Below, in pieces: positions 1 through 8,608 of a stretch of 64,000 nt of DNA (position 1 is its first letter; each line of letters begins with the position of its first letter). A model generated the notes under the pieces. It was not told where the DNA came from and ran no database searches. It was given only the letters and a program-made list of their open reading frames with translations. The DNA lies in contig JAQBYT010000009.1 of NCBI GenBank assembly GCA_027622665.1, forward strand, positions 57,271-121,270, read 5' to 3'. A program made the translations under genes and the position numbers. The stretch comes from Verrucomicrobiota bacterium. Its GTDB lineage: Bacteria; Verrucomicrobiota; Verrucomicrobiia; Opitutales; Seribacteraceae.

Positions 1-569
1 ACCACGCCATGGTTATCGAGGCGACTCGGAAGGCCATTGATGCCTCCGCCGACTTCGGTTGTCCCAACGTTATCTCCTTCACTGGTTACGCCGAGGACGT
101 TTCCTCTGCGTCCGGCGCTAAGAATTGTGTCGAGGGTTACAAAAAAATCATCGGTCATGCTGAGAAAAAAGGAGTTACCCTATGCCTCGAGATGCTAAAC
201 ACTCGCGACGATTCCGATCCGAACAAGGGGCACCCCGGTTATCAGGGGGATCACGTCGATTATTGTATGGATATCATCAAGCAGGTGGGGTCTCCCAGAC
301 TCAAGCTTCTCTTTGATATTTATCACGTGCAGATTATGGACGGAGACGTTATTCGGCGCATTCATGAGTGCGGAGAGCACATCGGTCACGTCCACACGGC
401 GGGCAATCCCGGACGCGGGGAACTGGATGACAAGCAGGAGATCAACTACCCGCCAATCATGAAGGCGCTTCTGGAGATCAAGTACAAGGGTTTCGTCGGT
501 CAGGAGTTCATTCCCACCCGAGAACCTTTTAAGGGTCTCTCTCAAGCCGTTTCTCTCTGCGACGTGTAG
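1..569 (+). CDS. Hydroxypyruvate isomerase / xylose-isomerase-like TIM barrel protein (5' end outside window)
   Basis: Motifs CLEMLN, LLFDIYHVQIMDGD, HVHTAGNPGRGE, GFVGQEF typical of the Hyi family; frame open from the window start. Confidence 0.85.
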   Translation, partial: HAMVIEATRKAIDASADFGCPNVISFTGYAEDVSSASGAKNCVEGYKKIIGHAEKKGVTLCLEMLNTRDDSDPNKGHPGYQGDHVDYCMDIIKQVGSPRLKLLFDIYHVQIMDGDVIRRIHECGEHIGHVHTAGNPGRGELDDKQEINYPPIMKALLEIKYKGFVGQEFIPTREPFKGLSQAVSLCDV

Positions 570-639
570 CGGTTCTCCCTTTGGGATTGCTTCGTGGCGC
601 GGTTTTAACTACGCCTCGTTTCCGAAGAGTTTCAGGAAA

Positions 640-1614
640 ATGGGGGGGATGCAATTCATTGATTTGTTCTGTGGCGTAGGTGGTTTCCGCTGGGCTTTGG
701 ATGCACTCGGTCATAAATGTGTCTTTTCTTCAGACATCGATCCTCACGCCCAAGAAACCTATGCCCTTAATTTTGGAGAAAAGCCATTCGGCGACATTAC
801 TTGCATCGATCCTTCCGATATACCGGGTCACGACGTCGTATGCGGAGGTTTTCCTTGCCAACCCTTCAGTATCTCAGGGAAACAACTAGGTTTCGAGGAT
901 GCTCGAGGCACCCTCCTTTATCATATTCTTCGGATAGCCGAGCGGCATCAACCCAAGGTTCTCTTTCTAGAGAACGTAAAGAATTATCGTGGTCACAACG
1001 GCGGACGCACTCTTGCGACGACCTTGCAGTTGCTCGATCGAGTCGGTTACCACTGCCATCACTCCCTCCTCAACGCTTCGAGTTATGGTGTACCTCAAAA
1101 GCGAGAGCGGTTGTACTTCGTCTGTTTTCGAAAAGATCTTGGACTTTCCGAGTTTTCTTTTCCCGAACCTACGAAAGAGGACGTCGCCGTCGAGGACGTC
1201 CTCCTCCCTTCGAGCGATCCCCGGCTGGAGAAACTTTTCGTTCGTCGCCCCGACACGTTTATTTCCACGGACCTTCCGGTGGGACGCGACTTGCGACCCC
1301 TGCGGGTCGGCACTATCGGAAAGGGAGGTCAAGGTGAGCGAATCTATAGCGTCAAGGGTCATGCCATAACCCTGTCTGCCTTTGGAGGTGGCGTTGGAGC
1401 CAAAACCGGAATGTATCTCGTTGACGGTCATCCTCGCCGTCTTCATCCCGAGGAATGCCGACGCGTCATGAGCTTTCCCGAAGGCTTCAAGCTCCATCCC
1501 AATCGGAATGTGAGCTACAAGCAGTTCGGCAATTCGGTCGCGGTCAAGGTGGTGCGATTGATCTTCGAACAAGTTGAAAGTCTTTTACGTGGCAAGAAGC
1601 GTTTGACCGCTTGA
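640..1614 (+). CDS. DNA (cytosine-5)-methyltransferase, M.HhaI-like
   Basis: Motifs FIDLFCGVGG (I), GFPCQPFS (IV), ENV (VI), QKRERLY (VIII), YKQFGNSV (X). TRD GKGGQGERIYS..GHAITLSAFGGG..AKTG closely resembles M.HhaI (GCGC). Start at 640 or 649. Confidence 0.95.
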   Translation: MGGMQFIDLFCGVGGFRWALDALGHKCVFSSDIDPHAQETYALNFGEKPFGDITCIDPSDIPGHDVVCGGFPCQPFSISGKQLGFEDARGTLLYHILRIAERHQPKVLFLENVKNYRGHNGGRTLATTLQLLDRVGYHCHHSLLNASSYGVPQKRERLYFVCFRKDLGLSEFSFPEPTKEDVAVEDVLLPSSDPRLEKLFVRRPDTFISTDLPVGRDLRPLRVGTIGKGGQGERIYSVKGHAITLSAFGGGVGAKTGMYLVDGHPRRLHPEECRRVMSFPEGFKLHPNRNVSYKQFGNSVAVKVVRLIFEQVESLLRGKKRLTA

Positions 1615-2174
1615 TAAGTCTGGGAATCTAATGCGTTCACTGGTTTCCTTTTATCCGATGCAAGCAGTTCGGTTCGATCACCTTTATCTTTTCGCTTCCT
1701 TTTCCGACTTAATACCTGTTCCATGATCTGGTAGAATGACCAGCATGTCAGATTTCGATGCCCCGAAAAAGCCCGCATGGGCTTGTGCTCTTGTGCCCGT
1801 GCTCCTTGAATCGACGTCAGCGGGACTTTATTGGTTCCTCTCTGCAAGAGGAGAGGGCGGGGGAGGTGATCCACCCGTAGATGGCTTTGGCTAAGACCTG
1901 GTTCATTCCTCACACGCAAAGGCGCCAAGCACTGGGTCCCCGGCGAAGTCATCGTTCTAGCAATGACATCATAGACCCCACATCTCACCATCCTTTGGCG
2001 ATAAGGTTCTCCAAGTATTGAAACGACAATATTAGCTTGCGACGCTTTTGGAAATGTCGGTTTGGCTTTCATATATTAATGTCTTCACTTCAAACATTAG
2101 CTAGCTAACTTTAAAATCGGATTGCTTCCCCAATTCCTTTCCCGTAGTTGAATACATCTTGCTTTAAGGTTTCA

Positions 2175-2267
2175 GGAGAGATGGCAGAGTGGTCGAATGC
2201 GCTGGTTTGCTAAACCGGTGAAGGGCTAATCGTCCTTCCACGGGTTCGAATCCCGTTCTCTCCGCCA
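2175..2267 (+). tRNA. tRNA-Ser(GCT)
   Basis: Acceptor GGAGAGA/TCTCTCC, discriminator G plus CCA; anticodon arm CTGGT-TTGCTAA-ACCGG; long variable arm; T arm GGGTTCGAATCCC. Confidence 0.95.
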
Positions 2268-2275
2268 TTTTAAGT
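2240..2275 (+). repeat. attL, 36-bp direct repeat copy 1 (tRNA 3' end)
   Basis: ACGGGTTCGAATCCCGTTCTCTCCGCCATTTTAAGT. Confidence 0.95.
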
Positions 2276-2279
2276 AGTT

Positions 2280-2307
2280 AAGTCCCAGTAGTTTGGGACT
2301 TTTCTTT
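2280..2307 (+). terminator. Intrinsic terminator after tRNA-Ser
   Basis: AAGTCCCA-gtagtt-TGGGACTT followed by TTCTTT. Confidence 0.7.
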
Positions 2308-2320
2308 GTGTCCTGTCCTG

Positions 2321-2455
2321 TACTCAAGCAGTGGAATCCACCAGACCCGCGACGTCGGACAATACGCGGCCAACCCGTGGGGCTTCTTCGACATGCACGG
2401 AAACGTCTGGGAATGGTGTGCGGACTGGTACGGAAATTACCCAACTGGTGCAGTG
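2321..2455 (+). pseudogene. Internal fragment of an FGE-sulfatase (SUMF1-like) domain gene
   Basis: [31 protein letters not shown]; the rest of the domain, including RGGSW and GFR, is absent. Confidence 0.8.
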
Positions 2456-2457
2456 CG

Positions 2458-2680
2458 CGACCTTTTCGGCACCGATTACGCCGGCGGCCAGGTGGCGGAC
2501 GACCTTACCCTTTGAATCAAGTATGGCTACTTCTACATCTGTCTTGGCACTAACGGCAAAGGTGATCTTGACTTTGCCGCCGGCCGTGACGGTCGAGGGC
2601 TTGGTCGCGAACTTGACTTCGCCGCCTAATGCCACTGAACAAATTTGGGTAAGCAGAACGAGGTAGAGGATATTCTCCTC
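2458..2680 (-). pseudogene. Truncated 5' fragment of a secreted protein (signal peptide plus FlgD-Ig-like domain)
   Basis: LYLVLLTQICSVALG then EVKFATKP...[30 protein letters not shown]; ends abruptly at the FGE fragment; no clear start codon. Confidence 0.6.
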
Positions 2681-2886
2681 AAGGGATGTAATGTATTGGG
2701 TGGTCACTCCGGGCGAAGCCACGTACGCACGATGAACCGAACAATCGGCAGGTGACTGATAGGGAACTTGATTCCGCGTGACCGTGCGTCGGCCCGGGCG
2801 TGAGGGGTTTAATGTTGATTCGCATAGGAGGCAGATCCTGGGCACAAGAAGACTCGGCTGACAGACTTCATAATGCAACTTTTCAT

Positions 2887-5631
2887 CTACTTCTTTTTGC
2901 CTTTCCTTTCTTCTTCGGGGCCCGGACGAATATCCTCTGTGATTTCCAGGGCTTTCGGGTCGATCTTGAGTACGTACATGCGCTGACCGTTGTCGACGGA
3001 CCAGATCACATCACGCTTGGGGTCACGCATCATGGCGATACCGACCCCTCCGAGTCCTTTCTGACTCTTGGGGATGTTCAACGTTACCCACCGGTTGCCG
3101 GCCGGGTCATACGCGACCTGCTTGTTGTTGTTGAAGATGTTGAAGAGAACGAGGTCAAGCTTGGGCACATACAATGATTCGCGAATGCGTGTCATCCATT
3201 TCGCGCTTTCTATGTTCTTGGGATTCGCTTTGCTCAGCGCCCTGGCGGTCATGTCGTATTTCCACATTTGTCCTGTCCCCTGACTGAAGGTCTTGGTAGA
3301 ACCCATCCAGATACAGTTGCGTTTGGAATCGTAAGCCATGCTGTTGCAGTCTCCGTGGACGGTGTTGGGCAGGATTCCTTCCCAGGGCAGCTTTGTCCAG
3401 GTTCTCTTCTCAACATCCAGGATTCCAAGATAGCCTCGGTCCCAGGCGACCACGCCGTCCCGCGTGCCAACGGCCTTGGTGTAGTATTGCGCGAAGTTGA
3501 AGGGAAGCGGCAGGTGTGCTTCGAAATCTCTGCGGTCAGGGTTGTAGATCGAGGTGCCCCCTGAAGACAGGCAGACCATCTTGTCGGTCTTCAGGTCGAA
3601 GGCATAATTGAGATACGTATGATTGCCGCAATCCGGCCGGCCGTTGAAGCTGATTCCCTTGGACGAGCCTTTTCCGCCGCCGCCCATATATTCGCCGACA
3701 AAGGGGATACTCCAGCGGTTGATGCCTGGATGATAGGTGCTGACGATCGTCGCGGGATCGGCCATGTGCCCGCCGGTCCAGTGGTAGAACTGATCACGCT
3801 TAGCATCAAAAAGGGCGGTGCCCCAGTCACGCTGAGGACAGGGACGCGGCGCCCTGGGCACGGGCGTCCACGCATTGGCCTGAAGCCCGGCAAGAAAGGC
3901 GGCAGGTTTTTTGTGATCGCCGCGCGGCGCGGCATCGTACCAGGCAGGATTGTACTCTTTGACGATACTCAAGTAGAGGCGGGCGTTGCCAGGTACACCG
4001 AGTTTGGCGGTCAGGGCGTCATCGTTGGAGCCGAGTTTCAGCATCCAGGTGTTTCCGGCCTGGCCCTTGCGGTAGCCATAGCTCTTATAGGCCAGGCCAA
4101 GAATCACATCGCCGGTCCCTGCGGTGAAGTTACACTTCAGGCCGGCTTTCCTGGCCTTCTTGTCGTCGATATCAAAGGTGATCTCTGCCACAGCGGACCA
4201 TTTTCCACTGGCCGTGTCCAAGGTCCAGCAGTCATTCAGCGTGGCGTAGCTGCGGTTGTGGTAAGTGAAGCGCGTGACATACGTTCCGCCGCCCATAAGG
4301 CATAAGGCCTTTCGACTGGGAAGCCAGAACATGGACGCACCCGCACGGGGCGGGGGAGCTTTGTCCGGAAAGAGCCGCCGCCATGATTTTTTAACGCAGT
4401 CATACGCCCACGTATCGGAGTAGAGGAAGTCTCCGTGCTCCCCGCCGAAGAGCATGACGCTTTGGTTCAAGACATCGTAGGCGGTGCTTGCATATTTGCG
4501 CGGGCCGGGGGTGCTACGAAGATAATCGGCAGCCTCATCGATCTGCCAGGCGGCATCAAACGCGGCTTTGAGTGTTTCGGCCGTCACCGTCCCCGAGGCC
4601 CAGTCCTTTGCGGCGACCGTTGCTTTTTCAAGGGCGGTATCGAGGCCTTGAGCGGCATGACTCAGCGCGTCTTTTTCCCATCCCTGTCCCTTGGCAGCGT
4701 TGACTTCTGCGAGAAGCGCTGCGACCAACGTGACGGCTTGAGCGGCGGTCTGTGCGGGCAGTCCTTGCATCAGCTTGGATTCTTCAGTTGCGGGCAATGA
4801 TTTGTAGAAGACATTCCGGGCATAGGCCATGGCGTCGCGCATAGCGGTCTTTGCGGTGACTGCTTTCTCGAATAGTGGGTCGAGGACTCCTGAGGAGACG
4901 GTCAGTTGGGTCCATTCTCCCGATTCAGGAGAGAGAGACCAGTCACCGACGGTGCCCTTGGGTGCACCGGGACAATGTCCGCCGAGAAAGAGCATCTGTT
5001 TGTTGATGGGGTCGAAGGCAATCGATGTTCCGCCCAGCTTTACCTTTCCGTACACGCTGGTCGTATCAACAGGCGGGGGGGTGTCGCCCAGGTACTTCCA
5101 TGCGCGGGAGGCGACATCGTAACTGAAGAGCGGCAGGCGCTTTCCTTCCAGTTCGTTATGCCCATGGTGGGTCGTGAGGATGATGTAGACCTTCTCCGCG
5201 AGCGGATCAAAAGCAAAGCAATCCGATACGGCCGTAACAGGCTCCAGGCGGCGATTCTTCTCGGTATCCATGGAGCAGATATAGCTAAATTGATCGCCTA
5301 CACTTTTGAACTTCGGGGCTTTCGAAGGCCCGTCTTTGGTTCCCCATAGGCCTTCCTTGCCCTCCGGAAAGTAGTTCTTCCATGCCTTATCGCCGGGAGC
5401 AAAGGTCTGTATTTCGAAGGGTGCTCCGCCGGCATCCTGAAAGCCGCCGCGCAGCCCGCAAATGACCATGAACTTGTTCTGCTTCTCGAGCCAGATGACC
5501 GCCGCGTTCTCGCGGGCGCCAAGATCCTGTTTTGTCACAGGAGTCCACGTGTTCACCTCCAGCGTAGTTTCAGCGGTGAGTGTTGCGGCAGAAATGGCAA
5601 GTACTGCTATGGTGAGGACGATTCGCTTCAT
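2887..5631 (-). CDS. Secreted Kelch-like beta-propeller protein (914 aa)
   Basis: Signal peptide MKRIVLTIAVLAISAATLTA; repeated LFGG..DTWAYD..W and YDP..NRW blades; Ala-rich helical insert. Confidence 0.8.
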   Translation of the reverse strand: MKRIVLTIAVLAISAATLTAETTLEVNTWTPVTKQDLGARENAAVIWLEKQNKFMVICGLRGGFQDAGGAPFEIQTFAPGDKAWKNYFPEGKEGLWGTKDGPSKAPKFKSVGDQFSYICSMDTEKNRRLEPVTAVSDCFAFDPLAEKVYIILTTHHGHNELEGKRLPLFSYDVASRAWKYLGDTPPPVDTTSVYGKVKLGGTSIAFDPINKQMLFLGGHCPGAPKGTVGDWSLSPESGEWTQLTVSSGVLDPLFEKAVTAKTAMRDAMAYARNVFYKSLPATEESKLMQGLPAQTAAQAVTLVAALLAEVNAAKGQGWEKDALSHAAQGLDTALEKATVAAKDWASGTVTAETLKAAFDAAWQIDEAADYLRSTPGPRKYASTAYDVLNQSVMLFGGEHGDFLYSDTWAYDCVKKSWRRLFPDKAPPPRAGASMFWLPSRKALCLMGGGTYVTRFTYHNRSYATLNDCWTLDTASGKWSAVAEITFDIDDKKARKAGLKCNFTAGTGDVILGLAYKSYGYRKGQAGNTWMLKLGSNDDALTAKLGVPGNARLYLSIVKEYNPAWYDAAPRGDHKKPAAFLAGLQANAWTPVPRAPRPCPQRDWGTALFDAKRDQFYHWTGGHMADPATIVSTYHPGINRWSIPFVGEYMGGGGKGSSKGISFNGRPDCGNHTYLNYAFDLKTDKMVCLSSGGTSIYNPDRRDFEAHLPLPFNFAQYYTKAVGTRDGVVAWDRGYLGILDVEKRTWTKLPWEGILPNTVHGDCNSMAYDSKRNCIWMGSTKTFSQGTGQMWKYDMTARALSKANPKNIESAKWMTRIRESLYVPKLDLVLFNIFNNNKQVAYDPAGNRWVTLNIPKSQKGLGGVGIAMMRDPKRDVIWSVDNGQRMYVLKIDPKALEITEDIRPGPEEERKGKKK

Positions 5632-5744
5632 CTGCGTGTGTTCATTCTTGCGTTCTATGTTTGATCGTGAAATCTCAATTTAGTTTCGATATTGACCGAT
5701 CATGTCGCCTATGATCGCAGGAACAACAAGATGTTGTCGAACCT

Positions 5745-5937
5745 CTTCGTTCGTATGTTGCAGCCGCCGAGCAGAGCGGAGCCTGCGCGGGGAGCGACTG
5801 GAGCCGAACGAAGCGCCGCTTTTTCGCTTACGCCGGCAATGCCGCGAAGCAGGCTATGATCGGATAGTCGCCTGACCTCGACTTCCGGTTGGCCGGCGCA
5901 TCCGCACCGAGCGAAAAGCCGTCACACGATGTTACGC
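5745..5937. other. Two adjacent long imperfect palindromes (attC-like or ssDNA hairpin element)
   Basis: CTTCGTTCG/CGAACGAAG; GCTTTTTCGCT/AGCGAAAAGC; CGCCGGCAA/TTGGCCGGCG; ends GCCGAAC and GTTACGC. Confidence 0.45.
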
Positions 5938-6200
5938 CTAAGAAGGATTCCCCGTGAGGGTTGGGAATGTTTCGGGGTGGGGTGGGGCGACTTTAGATAT
6001 TACCCGATAAATCGCCATCTTAGGTAGCGATTAGTCCTGCATTGTCCTGCCAAAATATGGCTGTCCTGCCAAGAATAATGCCGTTTATTGCCATTTGAAG
6101 TATTTCATAATGACTGAATTAGAATGTTATAAACCACTGCATAGCAAAGTTTATCGCGTGAATAGTGGCTTATTTGTCCGAAGCGGCGGAAATTGATTCA

Positions 6201-6236
6201 ACGGGTTCGAATCCCGTTCTCTCCGCCATTTTAAGT
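6201..6236 (+). repeat. attR, 36-bp direct repeat copy 2
   Basis: Identical to 2240..2275. Confidence 0.95.
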
Positions 6237-6250
6237 TGAGACCCTTCAAC

Positions 6251-6814
6251 CTAGAGTGGGATGGGTTTATCTATACGGATTCCCCCTTTTTTATCCATGG
6301 GTAGGACCTTACAGGTTTTGCAGCGCTCGGGGCCGGTAATGAAGCGTTTTGCATTACCTTCCGAGTCTGTTTTTCGCAATAGACCCGCTCGTGAGGAAAT
6401 TTCGATGCACTCGATAAGGTCTTTGCCGTTGTATCCGTGTTCGTGAGACGTAGTGAGAAGACCGTCGGGGTGGAGAAAGTTTACTATCAGACCGTACCTT
6501 AAATGATCGACGTAAACCTTGCAGATAACGTCGCCGATACGGAACGAGCGTTTTTTTTCGAACTTTGATTTGTCAAGGAGCTTGCACCGATTTTCGGTTA
6601 GTCGGAATCGCTTGTAATGAGCGAAGTCTCCGCGTCGGATTGGTTCCAGGTTATGCGGATTGAGCTGAATGAGCTCGAAGGAACGTCTGCGACCTTCCCT
6701 AATTAAGATTATCTCCCCAATTCGTACTCGACCGTTTGCGGGAGCGATTTCCTCTACGATTTCGCCTACCGAAAGTACAGTTTTTTTCTTGAGGCGTTTG
6801 GGGATTGAAACCAT
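6251..6814 (-). CDS. Hypothetical protein (basic, 187 aa)
   Basis: Long ORF that fits between attR and a divergent gene; no recognisable family. Confidence 0.65.
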   Translation of the reverse strand: MVSIPKRLKKKTVLSVGEIVEEIAPANGRVRIGEIILIREGRRRSFELIQLNPHNLEPIRRGDFAHYKRFRLTENRCKLLDKSKFEKKRSFRIGDVICKVYVDHLRYGLIVNFLHPDGLLTTSHEHGYNGKDLIECIEISSRAGLLRKTDSEGNAKRFITGPERCKTCKVLPMDKKGGIRIDKPIPL

Positions 6815-6922
6815 TATTATTCATACATTTATATCACCGGAAAGTCAACTCGGGCAGACTTTGAAATGAGGCTCGCAATGGCTGTTGAAAGTTATATTGT
6901 ATTGTATATATTCTTTTGTCTG

Positions 6923-7384
6923 ATGAATCCCGCCTTAAAGATACCTTTTTTTTGTCTCTTGGTTTGCAGTGTTTTGTTCGGATGCAACGGCAACCGGTTT
7001 TCTTCCGGAAATGAGGACCGGGAGTCCGCTCCTTTGATGGATGGCGAAAGTCCTTCTAAATCCGGACCTGTCTTGAGAAAGGGAAATTTGGATTTTTTTG
7101 TTTTGGGTAGGAATCGATTGGAAATCGAAACTTTGTTAGGAGTTCCCTATGAAAAGGACTCCGAGGATGGCAACTTGGTGGTTTGGAGGTATCGTCGGGC
7201 CGTGTTCGACGAAGCGACAAGCATTACCTATGGTTGGAGCCGCCTAACTTTGCAGTTTGCCCGTGGCCTTTGCTCGAAGGTTTCCGTGGATTTGGAGCAT
7301 CCTCTCATTCCGGTTGACGAGAATACTGAGGTGAATCGCAGTTCGGGTTCTCCAGGTTCACCTCTTTTCCGCAAGTTTCAGTAG
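6923..7384 (+). CDS. Lipoprotein with SmpA/OmlA (BamE)-like domain
   Basis: Lipobox LFGC; LGRNRLEIETLLGVP...VWRY...LQF pattern. Confidence 0.6.
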   Translation: MNPALKIPFFCLLVCSVLFGCNGNRFSSGNEDRESAPLMDGESPSKSGPVLRKGNLDFFVLGRNRLEIETLLGVPYEKDSEDGNLVVWRYRRAVFDEATSITYGWSRLTLQFARGLCSKVSVDLEHPLIPVDENTEVNRSSGSPGSPLFRKFQ

Positions 7385-7474
7385 ATTCTGCCAAGATCTG
7401 CCTTTCTTGTCTGAATTCCCGTATCTACTTCGAGGCAAGTGTATTGCTTTGCAATGACTTGTGTGTGTTTTCCA

Positions 7475-7508
7475 AAGAAAACGCCAGGAGTAAAATCCTG
7501 GCGCTTTC
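7475..7508. terminator. Hairpin between convergent genes
   Basis: AGAAAACGCCAGGA-gtaaaa-TCCTGGCGCTTTCT. Confidence 0.55.
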
Positions 7509-7616
7509 TGGCTTAGAAAAACAAACTAGACTGAAACAAACTGACTTTCGTCATTACTACAGACGGGGGGGGGAGCTATTCGTTCAAAAAAAAATCAAAA
7601 ATCTTAAGTGGAGCAT

Positions 7617-8060
7617 TTATGGAAGGCGCAGAATAGCGATACCTTCGTTTTCCGAAGGTTCCTTGAGAGAGCGACCCTCATGATCCAACACTCTAAGGGC
7701 TTTGCCGTTTGATGAAGTGATGGAGATGGATCCTTGCTTGGCAACCGGTAGACGTTCTCCTTTGCGCAAGTTTTGCCATTGTAATTCCACTCCTTGGGCA
7801 TTCTGTACCAATATCCACACGTCTCCAAGAGCTTCAAGGGTAACTACACTCTTTTTCTCGGAACTTTGGGTTGTTCCGGGCACCGGTGCTTGTGTTCTTG
7901 GCGGAAACTGGTTGCTTGTGGGTGAAAACAAATTGGGATGAGGGGGCGGAGCGTCCGGCGGGGGGGCGGTAGGTCCACCGCAAGAGGCAGAAAATAAAAC
8001 CAACAAACCGAACAGAGGTAGATTTATTTTCCAGAAAATATGATAGGATGATCGATTCAT
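7617..8060 (-). CDS. Lipoprotein with Pro-rich linker and DUF4115 (RodZ C-terminal)-like domain
   Basis: Lipobox SASC; VTLEALGDVWILVQ...LRKGE....ISITSSNGKALRV. Confidence 0.6.
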   Translation of the reverse strand: MNRSSYHIFWKINLPLFGLLVLFSASCGGPTAPPPDAPPPHPNLFSPTSNQFPPRTQAPVPGTTQSSEKKSVVTLEALGDVWILVQNAQGVELQWQNLRKGERLPVAKQGSISITSSNGKALRVLDHEGRSLKEPSENEGIAILRLP

Positions 8061-8260
8061 ATTTATGGAGAGTGATTTGTTCTTGTTGAAGGCAAAATAA
8101 TAATGGTCGATCGCAAATTGTTTATAAAGAGCGTTTAAGTAGGCTCAACAACAAAATGATGAGGCTTTTCCGGATGTTTGTGCAAAATGGAAACCGGAAC
8201 CGTTTCCGTACGCCGAATCGTTAATTTGAAAAACAAGTAGCTGACCAGTGGGTCAAGTGA

Positions 8261-8512
8261 CTAGTCGGAAGCTTCTGGTACGGTAACTGACTGCGGAATA
8301 TTCGTCCAGTCTTCCGACCATCGATTCCATTCTGAAAAATCTAAAACTTCGGGTATGGGCTGAAGGTTCCGACAAGAATACGCGAACATTTCCAAGGCTT
8401 GTTCCCTGGAGGTGGCCATGAAATATTTGACTACAGGCGTGATGCTTCCATCAGTCTGGTATGAGATTCGGTATTGAATGGGATCGGGCTCTGCCTGACG
8501 TTTCTTCTTCAT
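8261..8512 (-). CDS. Small hypothetical protein
   Basis: 83-aa ORF co-oriented with its neighbours; protein-like composition. Confidence 0.6.
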   Translation of the reverse strand: MKKKRQAEPDPIQYRISYQTDGSITPVVKYFMATSREQALEMFAYSCRNLQPIPEVLDFSEWNRWSEDWTNIPQSVTVPEASD

Positions 8513-8608
8513 GCCTGAAATTTGGTTTAGTAAAAGCCAATATAAGTCAGCTATTATGCAAAATGCAACTCGGTGGGGATGAAAAATCGAAATTTATGTT
8601 CGCAGAGG

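Larger units (their letters stand above)
2240..6236. mobile_element. tRNA-Ser-anchored genomic islet (~4 kb) with no integrase
   Basis: Bounded by an exact 36-bp direct repeat of the tRNA 3' end; cargo looks more GC-rich than the flanks. Confidence 0.85.

Noticed and set aside
642..648. G7 tract at the MTase start as a phase-variation switch
   Set aside because: The tract is short, and the second ATG at 649 probably serves as the start, leaving the tract outside the CDS.
1515..2072. 185-aa minus-strand ORF as cognate restriction endonuclease
   Set aside because: No PD-(D/E)xK, HNH or GIY-YIG motif; overlaps the MTase 3' end; composition not convincingly protein-like.
6201..6227. Second tRNA gene
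   Set aside because: Only the T arm and 3' acceptor strand are present; it is the attR copy.
7565..7595. G9 and A-run homopolymers
   Set aside because: They lie between convergent gene ends, so a regulatory effect is unlikely.
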